A DNA stretch of 25,982 nt from an uncultured Ruminococcus sp. (GTDB lineage Bacteria; Bacillota; Clostridia; Oscillospirales; Acutalibacteraceae): the NCBI GenBank assembly GCA_902766585.1, contig CACXDV010000148.1:1-25982 (forward strand), read 5' to 3'. A program made the translations under genes and the position numbers. Below the pieces are notes generated by a model that did not search any database, was not told where the DNA came from, and worked only from the letters and a program-made list of their open reading frames with translations. Within the stretch, counting starts at the first letter, position 1; the number at the start of each line of letters is the position of its first letter. Positions 1-8,248 of the stretch are shown piece after piece.

Positions 1-632
1 TCACGGCAGATAATAGGAGATACACCCTGTAAAATTCCAAGCAAGCCCTTTGAAAGAGGCTGCATCGGCGACAGTGTTTCCACTGCTTTGATTATATCCT
101 CGGCATCATATCCAAGCATACTCATTTTCATCTGTGCCGGAGGCATTTCATACGGTATGCCGGGAAGAACAAGCCTTTTTGAAGACATTGATGCATCAAC
201 CCGCTTTATTGCGTCTATTATCAAACCATTTTCATCAATAAAAACTATATTGCTGTATTGTCCCATGATCTCCATGGATATCTTGAGCGTAACAATATCC
301 CCAAACTCGTTTACAGCTTCAAATTCAAGTATAAGAATTCTCTCAAGCTCCGGCTGGATAACTGATCTGAGCCTTGCACCGGAAAACCTTTTCCTCAGAA
401 GCATACAAAGCATCGGCGGAACCTTCGGATTCTCCGCTGAGGAAGACGTAATATTTATCCTCGGACTGTTTGCTCGCGCAGACAGAAGCAGCTTATCCGT
501 CCCCTCCCTTGATCGCATGGCAAATATAAGCTGATCCCTCGCAGGCTGATATATTTTATCTACCTTACTGCCGATCAGCCTCTGCTCAAGCTCCTTTTTT
601 ATATGTCGTAAAAAAACTCCGTCAAGTGCCAT
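1..632 (-). CDS. rqcH: Rqc2/NFACT-family ribosome quality-control protein (FbpA/YloA), N-terminal part; runs off window edge
   Basis: Not in ORF track. Manual translation from ATG at 632 gives MALDGVFLRHIKKELEQRLIGSKVDKIYQPARDQL...ENPKVPPMLCMLLRKRFSGARL..QPELERILILEFEAVNEFGD, the typical NFACT-N/FbpA N-terminus; AGAGGT RBS lies in the end of the upstream gene. Confidence 0.92.
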   Translation of the reverse strand, partial: MALDGVFLRHIKKELEQRLIGSKVDKIYQPARDQLIFAMRSREGTDKLLLSARANSPRINITSSSAENPKVPPMLCMLLRKRFSGARLRSVIQPELERILILEFEAVNEFGDIVTLKISMEIMGQYSNIVFIDENGLIIDAIKRVDASMSSKRLVLPGIPYEMPPAQMKMSMLGYDAEDIIKAVETLSPMQPLSKGLLGILQGVSPIICR

Positions 633-636
633 AAAT

Positions 637-1398
637 TTACCTCTTATAATATTCTATTCCGTCGCCTCCAGTTTTGGAGGCTATAAAATCAACATTCCTG
701 AACCTTTCGGATAGGCGCTTTACAAGAACATCAACTATCAGCGCCTCTGAATAATAATGTCCGACATCAAATACGGCTATATTCTTCTCCATTGCATAAA
801 GCAGTTCATGGTGCTTTATCTCTCCCGTGATAACAGCATCAACATCTTTAGCCGCTGCCGCAAAAATACTGTCCCCTCCTGCTCCGCAGGCAATGCATAC
901 GCTTCTGATCTTACCATTTCTCTCTGTAAATCTAACGCCTTTACACCTTAAAGCACAGCACAAATCATCTGCAAGTTCCTCTGCCTCGTCATATTCCTTT
1001 GAAAAGCGTCCAAAAAGATGACATGAACTGTCAGTTCCGTTTTCATAAATAACGCCTGCTCTATCCGCAAGCGTATTATTTACTCCACATTCAGCTATAT
1101 CAAGATTTGTATGGGCGCTGATGACTGTTATTCCCAATGATGCCGCTTTGTACGGCACACTATCCGACAAAAGCTTTTTCAGAGGATTGAATATTATCGG
1201 GTGATGGCTCACTATTATCCTTGCGCCTATTTCATTTGCTTCCTGTAAAGTTTTTGAGCTTACATCAAGTGAAACCAATACCTTCTCTGTAATTGTTTCC
1301 TCCGAACCGACAAGCAAGCCAACATTATCAAAGCTCATTGCTGTTTCAAAGGGCGCAATAGAATCAATATATTCATATATTTCTCCTGCTGTTATCAT
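637..1398 (-). CDS. Nif3-like dinuclear metal-centre hexameric protein (YqfO/YbgI family, short form)
   Basis: Motifs DNVGLLVG, VSHHPIIF, SAHTNLD, CGAGG, ITGEIKHH, GHYYSE; 253 aa leaves no room for the PII-like insert; ATGA overlap with trmK. Confidence 0.93.
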   Translation of the reverse strand: MITAGEIYEYIDSIAPFETAMSFDNVGLLVGSEETITEKVLVSLDVSSKTLQEANEIGARIIVSHHPIIFNPLKKLLSDSVPYKAASLGITVISAHTNLDIAECGVNNTLADRAGVIYENGTDSSCHLFGRFSKEYDEAEELADDLCCALRCKGVRFTERNGKIRSVCIACGAGGDSIFAAAAKDVDAVITGEIKHHELLYAMEKNIAVFDVGHYYSEALIVDVLVKRLSERFRNVDFIASKTGGDGIEYYKR

Positions 1399-2078
1399 TC
1401 TGACATCTCCTCCGTTATCTCAAGCAGCTTATGAATCAGTGCTTTGATCTCTTTATACTCTTTTGTTCCTTCTTCAAAGCCGCGGCTCTTTTTTTCAAGC
1501 TTTCCGAGAATGACAGCCGCATATCTTCTTGCTTCAACAGACTTATCGCTTCCCAGACATCCGATATAGGCATATTCATCAGTACATTCTCTTTTTTTGC
1601 CGTCAAATATGCACAGCATTACACTGTAGCTTTTATGACAGGATATGCAAGCTTTCTCCTTACTTATCTCAAATCCGTTTTCACACAGATACCTCCTCAG
1701 AACATCCGCTCTCGTCATAGGCTGGAGTATCAGATGCTTGCTTTTATCCCTCAGCCACGGTGTACGGTCAATAAGCTTTACAATCAGTTCTCCTCCCATC
1801 CCTGCCATAATAATATCATCCGCTTCTTTTTCTGGTATCATATCAAGTCCGTCGGAGAGAACAGTTCTGACTTTTTCACCGGCATTATATGCATTGATCG
1901 TCCGCAGAGCATTTTCAAGAGGTCCCTGCCTGACATCGGCGGCAACTGCCGAGCTTATCCTTCCCTCTTTTGCAAGCCATACCGGAAGATATGCATGATC
2001 TGTGCCGATATCCGCTATTTTCACGCCGTCCCTGACCATTTCCGCGCACAAGGACAGCCTTTCATCAAGACTGAACAT
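1395..2078 (-). CDS. trmK: tRNA (adenine(22)-N1)-methyltransferase
   Basis: LDERL..CA, ADIGTDHAYLP, AADVRQGPL, LSDGL, MAGMGGELI, ILQPM. Start moved to ATG 2078, which has GGAGG 7 nt upstream (track start 2102 is probably too long). Confidence 0.93.
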   Translation of the reverse strand: MFSLDERLSLCAEMVRDGVKIADIGTDHAYLPVWLAKEGRISSAVAADVRQGPLENALRTINAYNAGEKVRTVLSDGLDMIPEKEADDIIMAGMGGELIVKLIDRTPWLRDKSKHLILQPMTRADVLRRYLCENGFEISKEKACISCHKSYSVMLCIFDGKKRECTDEYAYIGCLGSDKSVEARRYAAVILGKLEKKSRGFEEGTKEYKEIKALIHKLLEITEEMSE

Positions 2079-2101
2079 TTTTCTGCCTCCGTATATATAC
2101 A

Positions 2102-2131
2102 AAGCCGCAGAGAATTATCCCCCTGCGGCTT
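2102..2131 (-). terminator. Stem-loop / weak intrinsic terminator between DUF1858 gene and trmK
   Basis: AAGCCGCAG...CTGCGGCTT 9-bp inverted repeat, followed on the minus strand by a short, interrupted T tract (TTTGTATAT, partly overlapping the stem). Confidence 0.55.
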
Positions 2132-2140
2132 CATTTGTAA

Positions 2141-2353
2141 TTATTTATTATTGATATGCTCGTTAAGCTTCTTAACAAGCTCATCAGCATCTACACCGTG
2201 AACCATGCAAGCCTGCTCAATAGTTTCGCCTCTTGAAGCAGGACATCCGAGACAGTGCATACCAATAGAAAGAAACAACGGTGCTGTTGTTTCATCTATA
2301 TCGAGAATATCGCCGATGATAGTATCCTTTGTGATCTGAGTCATTTTTTTCAT
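2141..2353 (-). CDS. DUF1858 / hybrid-cluster-protein-associated redox disulfide domain protein
   Basis: ITKDTIIGDIL...GMHCLGCPASRGETIEQACMVHGVDADELVKKLN with CxxC; alternative start ATG 2344. Confidence 0.88.
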   Translation of the reverse strand: MKKMTQITKDTIIGDILDIDETTAPLFLSIGMHCLGCPASRGETIEQACMVHGVDADELVKKLNEHINNK

Positions 2354-2398
2354 TCCTTTCCTTTTTATTATTTCTTACTCGCAACAGAGTATACTATA

Positions 2399-2427
2399 AT
2401 TATAATATCCCTGAGGGAATTTTTCAA
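2399..2427 (-). promoter_or_regulatory. sigmaA-type promoter for DUF1858 gene
   Basis: TTGAAA (2427-2422), 17 bp, TATAAT (2404-2399). Confidence 0.65.
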
Positions 2428-2447
2428 TACATTTTTTTAATTTGTCA

Positions 2448-4058
2448 TCATCGAGGCTGTTTTTCTGTCAGACGGAAGTCTGCCTCGGCTCCGAACGGAT
2501 GGAAAATAATCCCCTTTACATCCGAAGCACTCGCATAATATCTGTTTTCTGTATAAAGAGGATAGAATATTGCATTATCTGCAAGATACTTCTCAGCATC
2601 CTTGACCTGAGAAACAGAATTAACCGAAAGATTTCTGCGAAGCCCTGAAATAAGGCTGTCGTATTCCTCTGATGCAAGGTTTGCACAGTTATATCTGCTT
2701 TCAGACGAAAACAAATCAAGTGTTGAGACAGGCGTACTGCCGCCTATTGTCAATGGAGCTATGACTATCTCAAACCTACCGCCCTCTATCCTGTCCTTAA
2801 GCTCCGACAGAGGAACGGGCTTTTTATTGAAATATCCGTTTGTAAGTGAATTCCAACATTCAATGATATTATTTACAATTGATTGAGTATCCTCATCATC
2901 TGAGCATAATATGGTTATATTTGTGATGGAATCTACCTTTGCTTCTTTCATTCCCTCTCTCAGAAGCACCTTTGGGCTTTTATCCGAATATGATGGAATG
3001 ATCTCTCCTGCAAGTTTTCTGTATGAAATATCATCAAGCTCTGCGGAATCCGGTACTATATTCTTTGCTGCCGTACAGTGCTCAGGAAACTCCTTAAGGA
3101 TTTTTTCACGGTCGATTGCCGCAAGCAGCGCGCACCTGATATTCTTATTCGACAGAAGCTCATCCTTTGTATTGAAGGATATTCCCCACTCTGTATCACC
3201 GAAGCCTGTAAGCTCCATTTCCAGTGATTCGCATCTTTCTGCCTGAGCTGCGGTGACCGCCGCACAGTCAACATCTCCGTTCTCAATAGCCGAAACCGGA
3301 TCTGACGGAGGATCACCTATATAGACGTTTACACCCGCGGGTACAGCCTTTTTATCACTGTTATAATAATCATTATACCTCAGATAAAGATATCCGTCAT
3401 GCTCCCAGCCATGCTCCCTGAGATAAAACGGACCGTTGCTGATAAGCTTATCCGCCTCCCTGCCGTATTGACCGGTGGTCTTTTCAAAAAATGCCTTGTT
3501 GCAAGGCATTGCTGGCGCTGTTGTCAATAGCTGCAAAAAATCTGAGCAGGGATATTCAAGCTGTATCACTATCGTCTTTTCATTGGTTATATATACTCCG
3601 AGATTATCAGCATCAGTCTTGCCTTTTTTTATCGATTCGGCATTTTTGATACAGAAAAGTGTTTCTGCTGTATCTGACATTGTTCTCGGATCAAAAGTAC
3701 GCTTTAATCCGTATACAAAATCTTCCGCCGTAAGAGGTGTTCCGTCATTCCATTTAAGTCCGTCACGGAGATGAAAGGTATATCTCATCTTATCCCCGCT
3801 TATATCCCATGAGGCTGCCGCTCCGGGAATGATATCATCATTCTTGTCCAGCCTTACAAGTCCTTCAAAAATATTCATTATTATAAGCCTTGCGCCCGAA
3901 TCATTCGCTATCTGTGGATCAAGCGTCACCGGCTCCGAATCTATTCGATAATTTATGATCTGATCCTCCGGTCCCTCCTTATGCCGCTTACACCCGCATA
4001 AACAAAGAAGTAATGCCGCTGCTGTCAGTAAACATAAAAATCTTATTCTTTTATTCAC
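2448..4058 (-). CDS. oppA: Peptide ABC transporter substrate-binding lipoprotein (family 5, OppA-like)
   Basis: Lipobox LCGC; TLDPQ, NIFEGLVRLD, PGAAASWDIS, YTFHLRDGLKWNDGTPLTAEDF, SNGPF motifs. Confidence 0.9.
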   Translation of the reverse strand: MNKRIRFLCLLTAAALLLCLCGCKRHKEGPEDQIINYRIDSEPVTLDPQIANDSGARLIIMNIFEGLVRLDKNDDIIPGAAASWDISGDKMRYTFHLRDGLKWNDGTPLTAEDFVYGLKRTFDPRTMSDTAETLFCIKNAESIKKGKTDADNLGVYITNEKTIVIQLEYPCSDFLQLLTTAPAMPCNKAFFEKTTGQYGREADKLISNGPFYLREHGWEHDGYLYLRYNDYYNSDKKAVPAGVNVYIGDPPSDPVSAIENGDVDCAAVTAAQAERCESLEMELTGFGDTEWGISFNTKDELLSNKNIRCALLAAIDREKILKEFPEHCTAAKNIVPDSAELDDISYRKLAGEIIPSYSDKSPKVLLREGMKEAKVDSITNITILCSDDEDTQSIVNNIIECWNSLTNGYFNKKPVPLSELKDRIEGGRFEIVIAPLTIGGSTPVSTLDLFSSESRYNCANLASEEYDSLISGLRRNLSVNSVSQVKDAEKYLADNAIFYPLYTENRYYASASDVKGIIFHPFGAEADFRLTEKQPR

Positions 4059-4105
4059 TAATTGGCTCAGCTCCGTCCTGTTCTTACATATAATTTATCC
4101 TATTA

Positions 4106-4134
4106 ATCATATTCTTTCAATGAAGCCTTGTCAA
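4106..4134 (-). promoter_or_regulatory. sigmaA-type promoter for oppA
   Basis: TTGACA (4134-4129), 17 bp, TATGAT (4111-4106). Confidence 0.7.
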
Positions 4135-4222
4135 CAACAATTCTGATACAAAAGAATTACAACCCTGTTTCATTAAATTAACTGTGATACAGAAATAATC
4201 GTATAGAAATTGTAAAAAACTG

Positions 4223-4251
4223 TTTAAATTCAATAAAAAATATGATATAAT
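4223..4251 (+). promoter_or_regulatory. sigmaA extended -10 promoter for the 4334-6406 operon
   Basis: TGaTATAAT at 4243-4251; TTTAAA 17 bp upstream; AT-rich upstream sequence. Confidence 0.6.
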
Positions 4252-4333
4252 AAATCCGGGCGTAATGGAATTATTCAAAATCCGTAATTCAAATGCTTTT
4301 ATTGTCCATTATTATATAAAGGGAGGTCGTCTT

Positions 4334-4948
4334 ATGGTTATTACTATTGCCCGTCAATTCGGAAGCGGAGGAAGAAAAATCGGTCAGCAGCTTGCAGAAA
4401 AGCTTGATATCGCTTATTATGACAAAAATCTGCTTACCCTTGTCGCTAAGGAAAGCGGAATGGATCCTGATATTATAGAGAATCTCGATGAAAAAGCTAC
4501 CAACAGCCTTCTGTATTCTCTTTCGATCGGCGCTGCCGCAACACTTGATAACGGCTTCAGGATCGAACCTCAAATGCCGCTTAATGATAAGCTTTTCCTC
4601 GCACAGCATGATGTTATCCGTAAGATATCCTCGGATCCCTGTGTTATCGTCGGTCGCTGTGCGGATTATGTACTCAGAAACAGAGAGGACTGTGTAAGGC
4701 TTTTTATCTATGCCGATATCGAAAAAAGAGTAGAATATGCCGTACATGAATATGGCGTAAATTCAAAAAAGGCTCAGACCTTTGTTTCCCGTACAGATAA
4801 ATCAAGGGCAAATTATTATAACTACTACTCCACAAGAAAATGGGGCGATCCTAATAATTATGACCTTTGCATAGACAGCGGAAAGCTTGGTATTGACGGC
4901 ACAGTAGAGCTGATAATAAGCTACCTCAGACAAAGAGGAATGCTGTAA
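4334..4948 (+). CDS. Cytidylate kinase-like family protein (Cytidylate_kin2 type)
   Basis: MVITIARQFGSGGRKIG..LAEKLDIAYYDK, VIVGRCADYVL, DKSRANYYNYYSTRKWGDPNNYDLCIDS. Start ATG 4334 with GGGAGG RBS (track start 4265 has none). Confidence 0.88.
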   Translation: MVITIARQFGSGGRKIGQQLAEKLDIAYYDKNLLTLVAKESGMDPDIIENLDEKATNSLLYSLSIGAAATLDNGFRIEPQMPLNDKLFLAQHDVIRKISSDPCVIVGRCADYVLRNREDCVRLFIYADIEKRVEYAVHEYGVNSKKAQTFVSRTDKSRANYYNYYSTRKWGDPNNYDLCIDSGKLGIDGTVELIISYLRQRGML

Positions 4949-4950
4949 AA

Positions 4951-5445
4951 ATGAAAAAATATCTTGCTGTCGGTATGCTCTTCGGCTTAATTATTTCTTC
5001 AATGCTTTGCGGGTGCATCAGCGAGCCTGACGAGATCAGCGCTGTTCCGGAAATTAGCTATCTTACTGAGGATACTGAAAGAGATGCTGCTATTATGCTT
5101 CTTCTTGAAAACTATATGACAGCTCTCACTGAACACGACCATAGTGCCGTAACTCTTTATTCTACAGAGGATTTTATCTGGAATTATAACGAAACAGGCT
5201 TTCTGAATTATTCAAGGGATATTATATCGGCAAAAATAACTACACTACATTCCGATCAGATCACTATGGACGGTGATATTATGAACGTACCCGCTGCATT
5301 TGAAATAGAATACAAGGATGTCCATACACTTGACAACGGTGAGGAAGCCCCCGCCGGAACATACCCTTACAACTGTAATTTTGCATTAAAACAGACCGAT
5401 GAGGGATATCTGATCAAATCGATCAGTAATACCCCTATGGGCTGA
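4951..5445 (+). CDS. Hypothetical lipoprotein, possibly NTF2-like fold
   Basis: Signal peptide with lipobox LCGC; helix (AAIMLLLENYMTAL) followed by beta-rich C-terminus ending FALKQTDEGYLIKSI; 2-nt gap to previous gene. Fold is inference. Confidence 0.7.
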   Translation: MKKYLAVGMLFGLIISSMLCGCISEPDEISAVPEISYLTEDTERDAAIMLLLENYMTALTEHDHSAVTLYSTEDFIWNYNETGFLNYSRDIISAKITTLHSDQITMDGDIMNVPAAFEIEYKDVHTLDNGEEAPAGTYPYNCNFALKQTDEGYLIKSISNTPMG

Positions 5446-5465
5446 ATTCAGGAGGTAATACTTAC

Positions 5466-5720
5466 ATGAAGGACTATACCTTTCTTGGTAAATCCAACGG
5501 AAAAAAATTCTGTATAAAAGGAATTGACGTATTTTCATATAAATGGCGGTCAACAGGTAAATGTGATATCGTCCTTGATCCGAAAACCAAAGATCCTTAC
5601 AGCTTTTCCATATATGAAATTGAAACAGATTCCCGCACGATCACCTTCCTTGCGGGTAAGCTTTCTGATGACAACTGGGCTTTCTATATGGAGGCTGATG
5701 AAGATGACTTTATTTTTTAG
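5466..5720 (+). CDS. Small hypothetical protein (84 aa)
   Basis: AGGAGGT RBS 8 nt upstream; fills the operon gap exactly; aromatic/beta-strand pattern and acidic tail. Confidence 0.75.
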   Translation: MKDYTFLGKSNGKKFCIKGIDVFSYKWRSTGKCDIVLDPKTKDPYSFSIYEIETDSRTITFLAGKLSDDNWAFYMEADEDDFIF

Positions 5721-5734
5721 GAGGAATTTCAACA

Positions 5735-6406
5735 ATGAATTCAAATCAGCTTACGATAAGTGAAATGTATGATCTTTCACACACAATTGCAGCAAAGCTT
5801 TTTGAGGGACTTACATATCCGTGGGAAGCTCTTCAGAAAATATCCGATTTCATAAAAAAAATCGGTCCCACTCTCCCAAAGGATATCTATGAACAGCGCG
5901 GTGAGGATATCTGGGTAGCAAAGGATGCCAACATTATGGAATCCGCTTACCTTCACGGTCCGCTTATTATTTGTCCGGGCGCGGAAATTCGTCACTGCGC
6001 TTTCATAAGAGGAAGCGCTATCGTCGGCTCCGGCGCTGTTATCGGAAACTCAAGCGAACTGAAAAACTGCATTGTCTTTGATAATGCCCAGCTCCCCCAT
6101 TACAATTATGTCGGCGATTCGATAATCGGGCATTATTCTCATCTTGGTGCCGGCGCAAAAACCTCTAACCTTAAATCCGACAAAACTTTCGTTACTGTTA
6201 AAGTCGGTGATGAAAAACTGCAAACAGGTCTTAAAAAATTCGGCGCTATGGTCGGCGATCATGTTGAAGTAGGATGCAACGCTATTCTTAATCCCGGTAC
6301 GGTCATAGGCAAAAATACCAATGTCTATCCGCTTTCAATGGTAAGGGGCTTCGTTCCGGCAAACAGTATCTTCAAACAGTCCGGTGAGCTTGTTACAAAG
6401 AAATAA
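5735..6406 (+). CDS. Stand-alone left-handed beta-helix acyltransferase resembling the GlmU C-terminal (glucosamine-1-P N-acetyltransferase) domain
   Basis: Hexapeptide repeats; HYNYVGDSIIG, LGAGAKTSNLK and KFGAMVGDHVEVGCNAILNPG; no N-terminal nucleotidyltransferase domain; AGGAGG RBS. Confidence 0.8.
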   Translation: MNSNQLTISEMYDLSHTIAAKLFEGLTYPWEALQKISDFIKKIGPTLPKDIYEQRGEDIWVAKDANIMESAYLHGPLIICPGAEIRHCAFIRGSAIVGSGAVIGNSSELKNCIVFDNAQLPHYNYVGDSIIGHYSHLGAGAKTSNLKSDKTFVTVKVGDEKLQTGLKKFGAMVGDHVEVGCNAILNPGTVIGKNTNVYPLSMVRGFVPANSIFKQSGELVTKK

Positions 6407-6414
6407 TTCTTTTC

Positions 6415-6445
6415 CGCACAGTCTTTATTGGCTGTGCGTTTTTTT
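6415..6445 (+). terminator. Rho-independent terminator
   Basis: CGCACAGTC-tttatt-GGCTGTGCG followed by T7. Confidence 0.9.
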
Positions 6446-6465
6446 ATTATTACAGCTTTTTTTCA

Positions 6466-6494
6466 TTGATTTTTTATTCATATTAGGGTAAAAT
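6466..6494 (+). promoter_or_regulatory. sigmaA-type promoter for M3 peptidase-ABC unit
   Basis: TTGATT, 17 bp, TAAAAT; 36 nt upstream of the ATG. Confidence 0.55.
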
Positions 6495-6530
6495 ATGTGT
6501 ATGCAATTATAGCAACAGGAGCTGATACTT

Positions 6531-8219
6531 ATGAAATTTTCCGAAATGAAATACGAACGTCCCGATTTTGATAAAGCTAAATCGGATGCCGAAAAAATAA
6601 AAAAATACTTCTCAGAAGCTTCTTCCTTTGAAGAAGCAGATAAAGCCTTTATTGAATGGGATGAGCTTGTTTCCCATATTGATACAATGATAAGTCTCGC
6701 TTATACAAGAAACACGATCAATACCTCTGATGAATTCTATGAAAATGAAATAGCCTACATTGATGAAATATCACCGCTTTTCGCCGAACTTGATCAGAGC
6801 TTTTCAAGACTGCTTACCGAAACACCATTCCGCACACAGCTTGAAGAAAAATACGGTACACTGCTTTTTAAAAATGCAGAAATTTCTTTGAAATCGTTCT
6901 CACCCGAAATCATACCCGAAACACAAAGCACTAACAAGCTTGAAACCACTTATCAGAAACTGCTTGCAAGCGCTCAGATAGATTTTGAGGGAGAAAAGCG
7001 TACTATCTCGCAAATGTCCCCTTTCAAGCAGTCTGAGGATGATAATATCAGAAAAAATGCATGGCTCGCCGAAGGCATTTTCTATAAAGAACATTCTGAA
7101 GAACTTGATGATATATTCGATAAAATGGTGAAGCTGAGAACTGAAATGGCTAAAAAACTCGGCTATGACAACTTTGTTGAACTCGGTTACCTTCAAATGA
7201 TGAGAAACTGCTATACTCCTGCTGATATTGAAAAATTCAGACAGGCTGTCGTTAAATATATCGTTCCGGTCGCTGACAGGCTCTATCGTGAGCAGGCAAA
7301 GCGTACCGGCTTTGATTATCCGCTCAGCTTCTCCGATGCTGCTCTCAGATTCAGGGACGGAAATCCGAAGCCTGTCGGTACTCCTGAGGATATTCTGAAT
7401 ACCGGCAAGGAGCTTTATCACGGTCTTTCTCCTGAAACCTCCGAATTTATTGATACCATGCTCGAAAATGAGCTTATGGATGTACTCAGCAAAAAGGGCA
7501 AGGCAGGCGGAGGCTACTGCACAAGCTTTTCTGATTATAAGCTGCCCTTCATCTTCTCTAACTTCAACGGTACCGCTGATGATGTCGAAGTCATAACACA
7601 TGAAGCAGGTCACGCCTTTGCATATTATATGGCGCGCAATATTTTTCCGCGTTCACTTCAAAGCCCGACTCTCGATGCTTGTGAGATACACTCTATGACT
7701 ATGGAATTCTTCGGCTGGAGAAAAAGTGATGAATTCTTCGGCAAGGATGCCGCTAAATTCAGATATAATCATCTTTTCGGCGCAATAACATTCATTCCGT
7801 ACGGCGCTATGGTAGACCATTTTCAGCATATCGTATATCAAAAGCCCGATATGACACCTCAGCAGCGCCATGAGGTCTGGGCAAAGCTTTTGAATGAATA
7901 TACTCCATGGCTTAAGCTTGACGGTTCTCCCTTCTACGGAGAAGGCAGGGGCTGGCAGCGTCAGATGCACATTTATGAAAACCCCTTCTACTATATCGAT
8001 TATTGTCTTGCTCAGACCGCCGCACTGGAATTCTGGTGCCTGATGCAAAAGGATCACAATACAGCATGGAAAAAATATATGAGACTTGTCAAAAAGGCAG
8101 GTACAATGACATTTACCGAACTTGTAGAAACAGCAGGTCTGAAATCGCCGTTTGACGAGGAGGCTCTTAAGCAGGTTGCTGATGCAGCAAAGCTCTGGCT
8201 CGATGAAAATTCATTATGA
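6531..8219 (+). CDS. M3B-family oligoendopeptidase (PepF-like)
   Basis: MKFSEMKYERPD start; GKAGGGYCT, FIFSNFNGT, zinc motif HEAGH, EIHSMTMEF, QMHIYENPFYYIDYCLAQ. Confidence 0.93.
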   Translation: MKFSEMKYERPDFDKAKSDAEKIKKYFSEASSFEEADKAFIEWDELVSHIDTMISLAYTRNTINTSDEFYENEIAYIDEISPLFAELDQSFSRLLTETPFRTQLEEKYGTLLFKNAEISLKSFSPEIIPETQSTNKLETTYQKLLASAQIDFEGEKRTISQMSPFKQSEDDNIRKNAWLAEGIFYKEHSEELDDIFDKMVKLRTEMAKKLGYDNFVELGYLQMMRNCYTPADIEKFRQAVVKYIVPVADRLYREQAKRTGFDYPLSFSDAALRFRDGNPKPVGTPEDILNTGKELYHGLSPETSEFIDTMLENELMDVLSKKGKAGGGYCTSFSDYKLPFIFSNFNGTADDVEVITHEAGHAFAYYMARNIFPRSLQSPTLDACEIHSMTMEFFGWRKSDEFFGKDAAKFRYNHLFGAITFIPYGAMVDHFQHIVYQKPDMTPQQRHEVWAKLLNEYTPWLKLDGSPFYGEGRGWQRQMHIYENPFYYIDYCLAQTAALEFWCLMQKDHNTAWKKYMRLVKKAGTMTFTELVETAGLKSPFDEEALKQVADAAKLWLDENSL

Positions 8220-8248
8220 TCCCTTCAAAACAGAAATGAGGAATAATA

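Noticed and set aside
88-534. 148-aa plus-strand ORF
   Set aside because: Antisense shadow of rqcH, which reads open on the minus strand from 632 to the window edge.
1431-2201. 256-aa plus-strand ORF
   Set aside because: Antisense to trmK and DUF1858; no RBS or recognisable motifs.
4334-4948. Calling the gene cmk
   Set aside because: Lacks the GPxGxGK(S/T) P-loop of true Cmk; belongs to the kinase-like family.
5735-6406. Truncated glmU pseudogene
   Set aside because: Strong RBS, intact ORF, distinct N-terminal helices and no upstream nucleotidyltransferase remnant.
6900-8057. 237-aa and 134-aa minus-strand ORFs
   Set aside because: Antisense shadows of the M3 peptidase.
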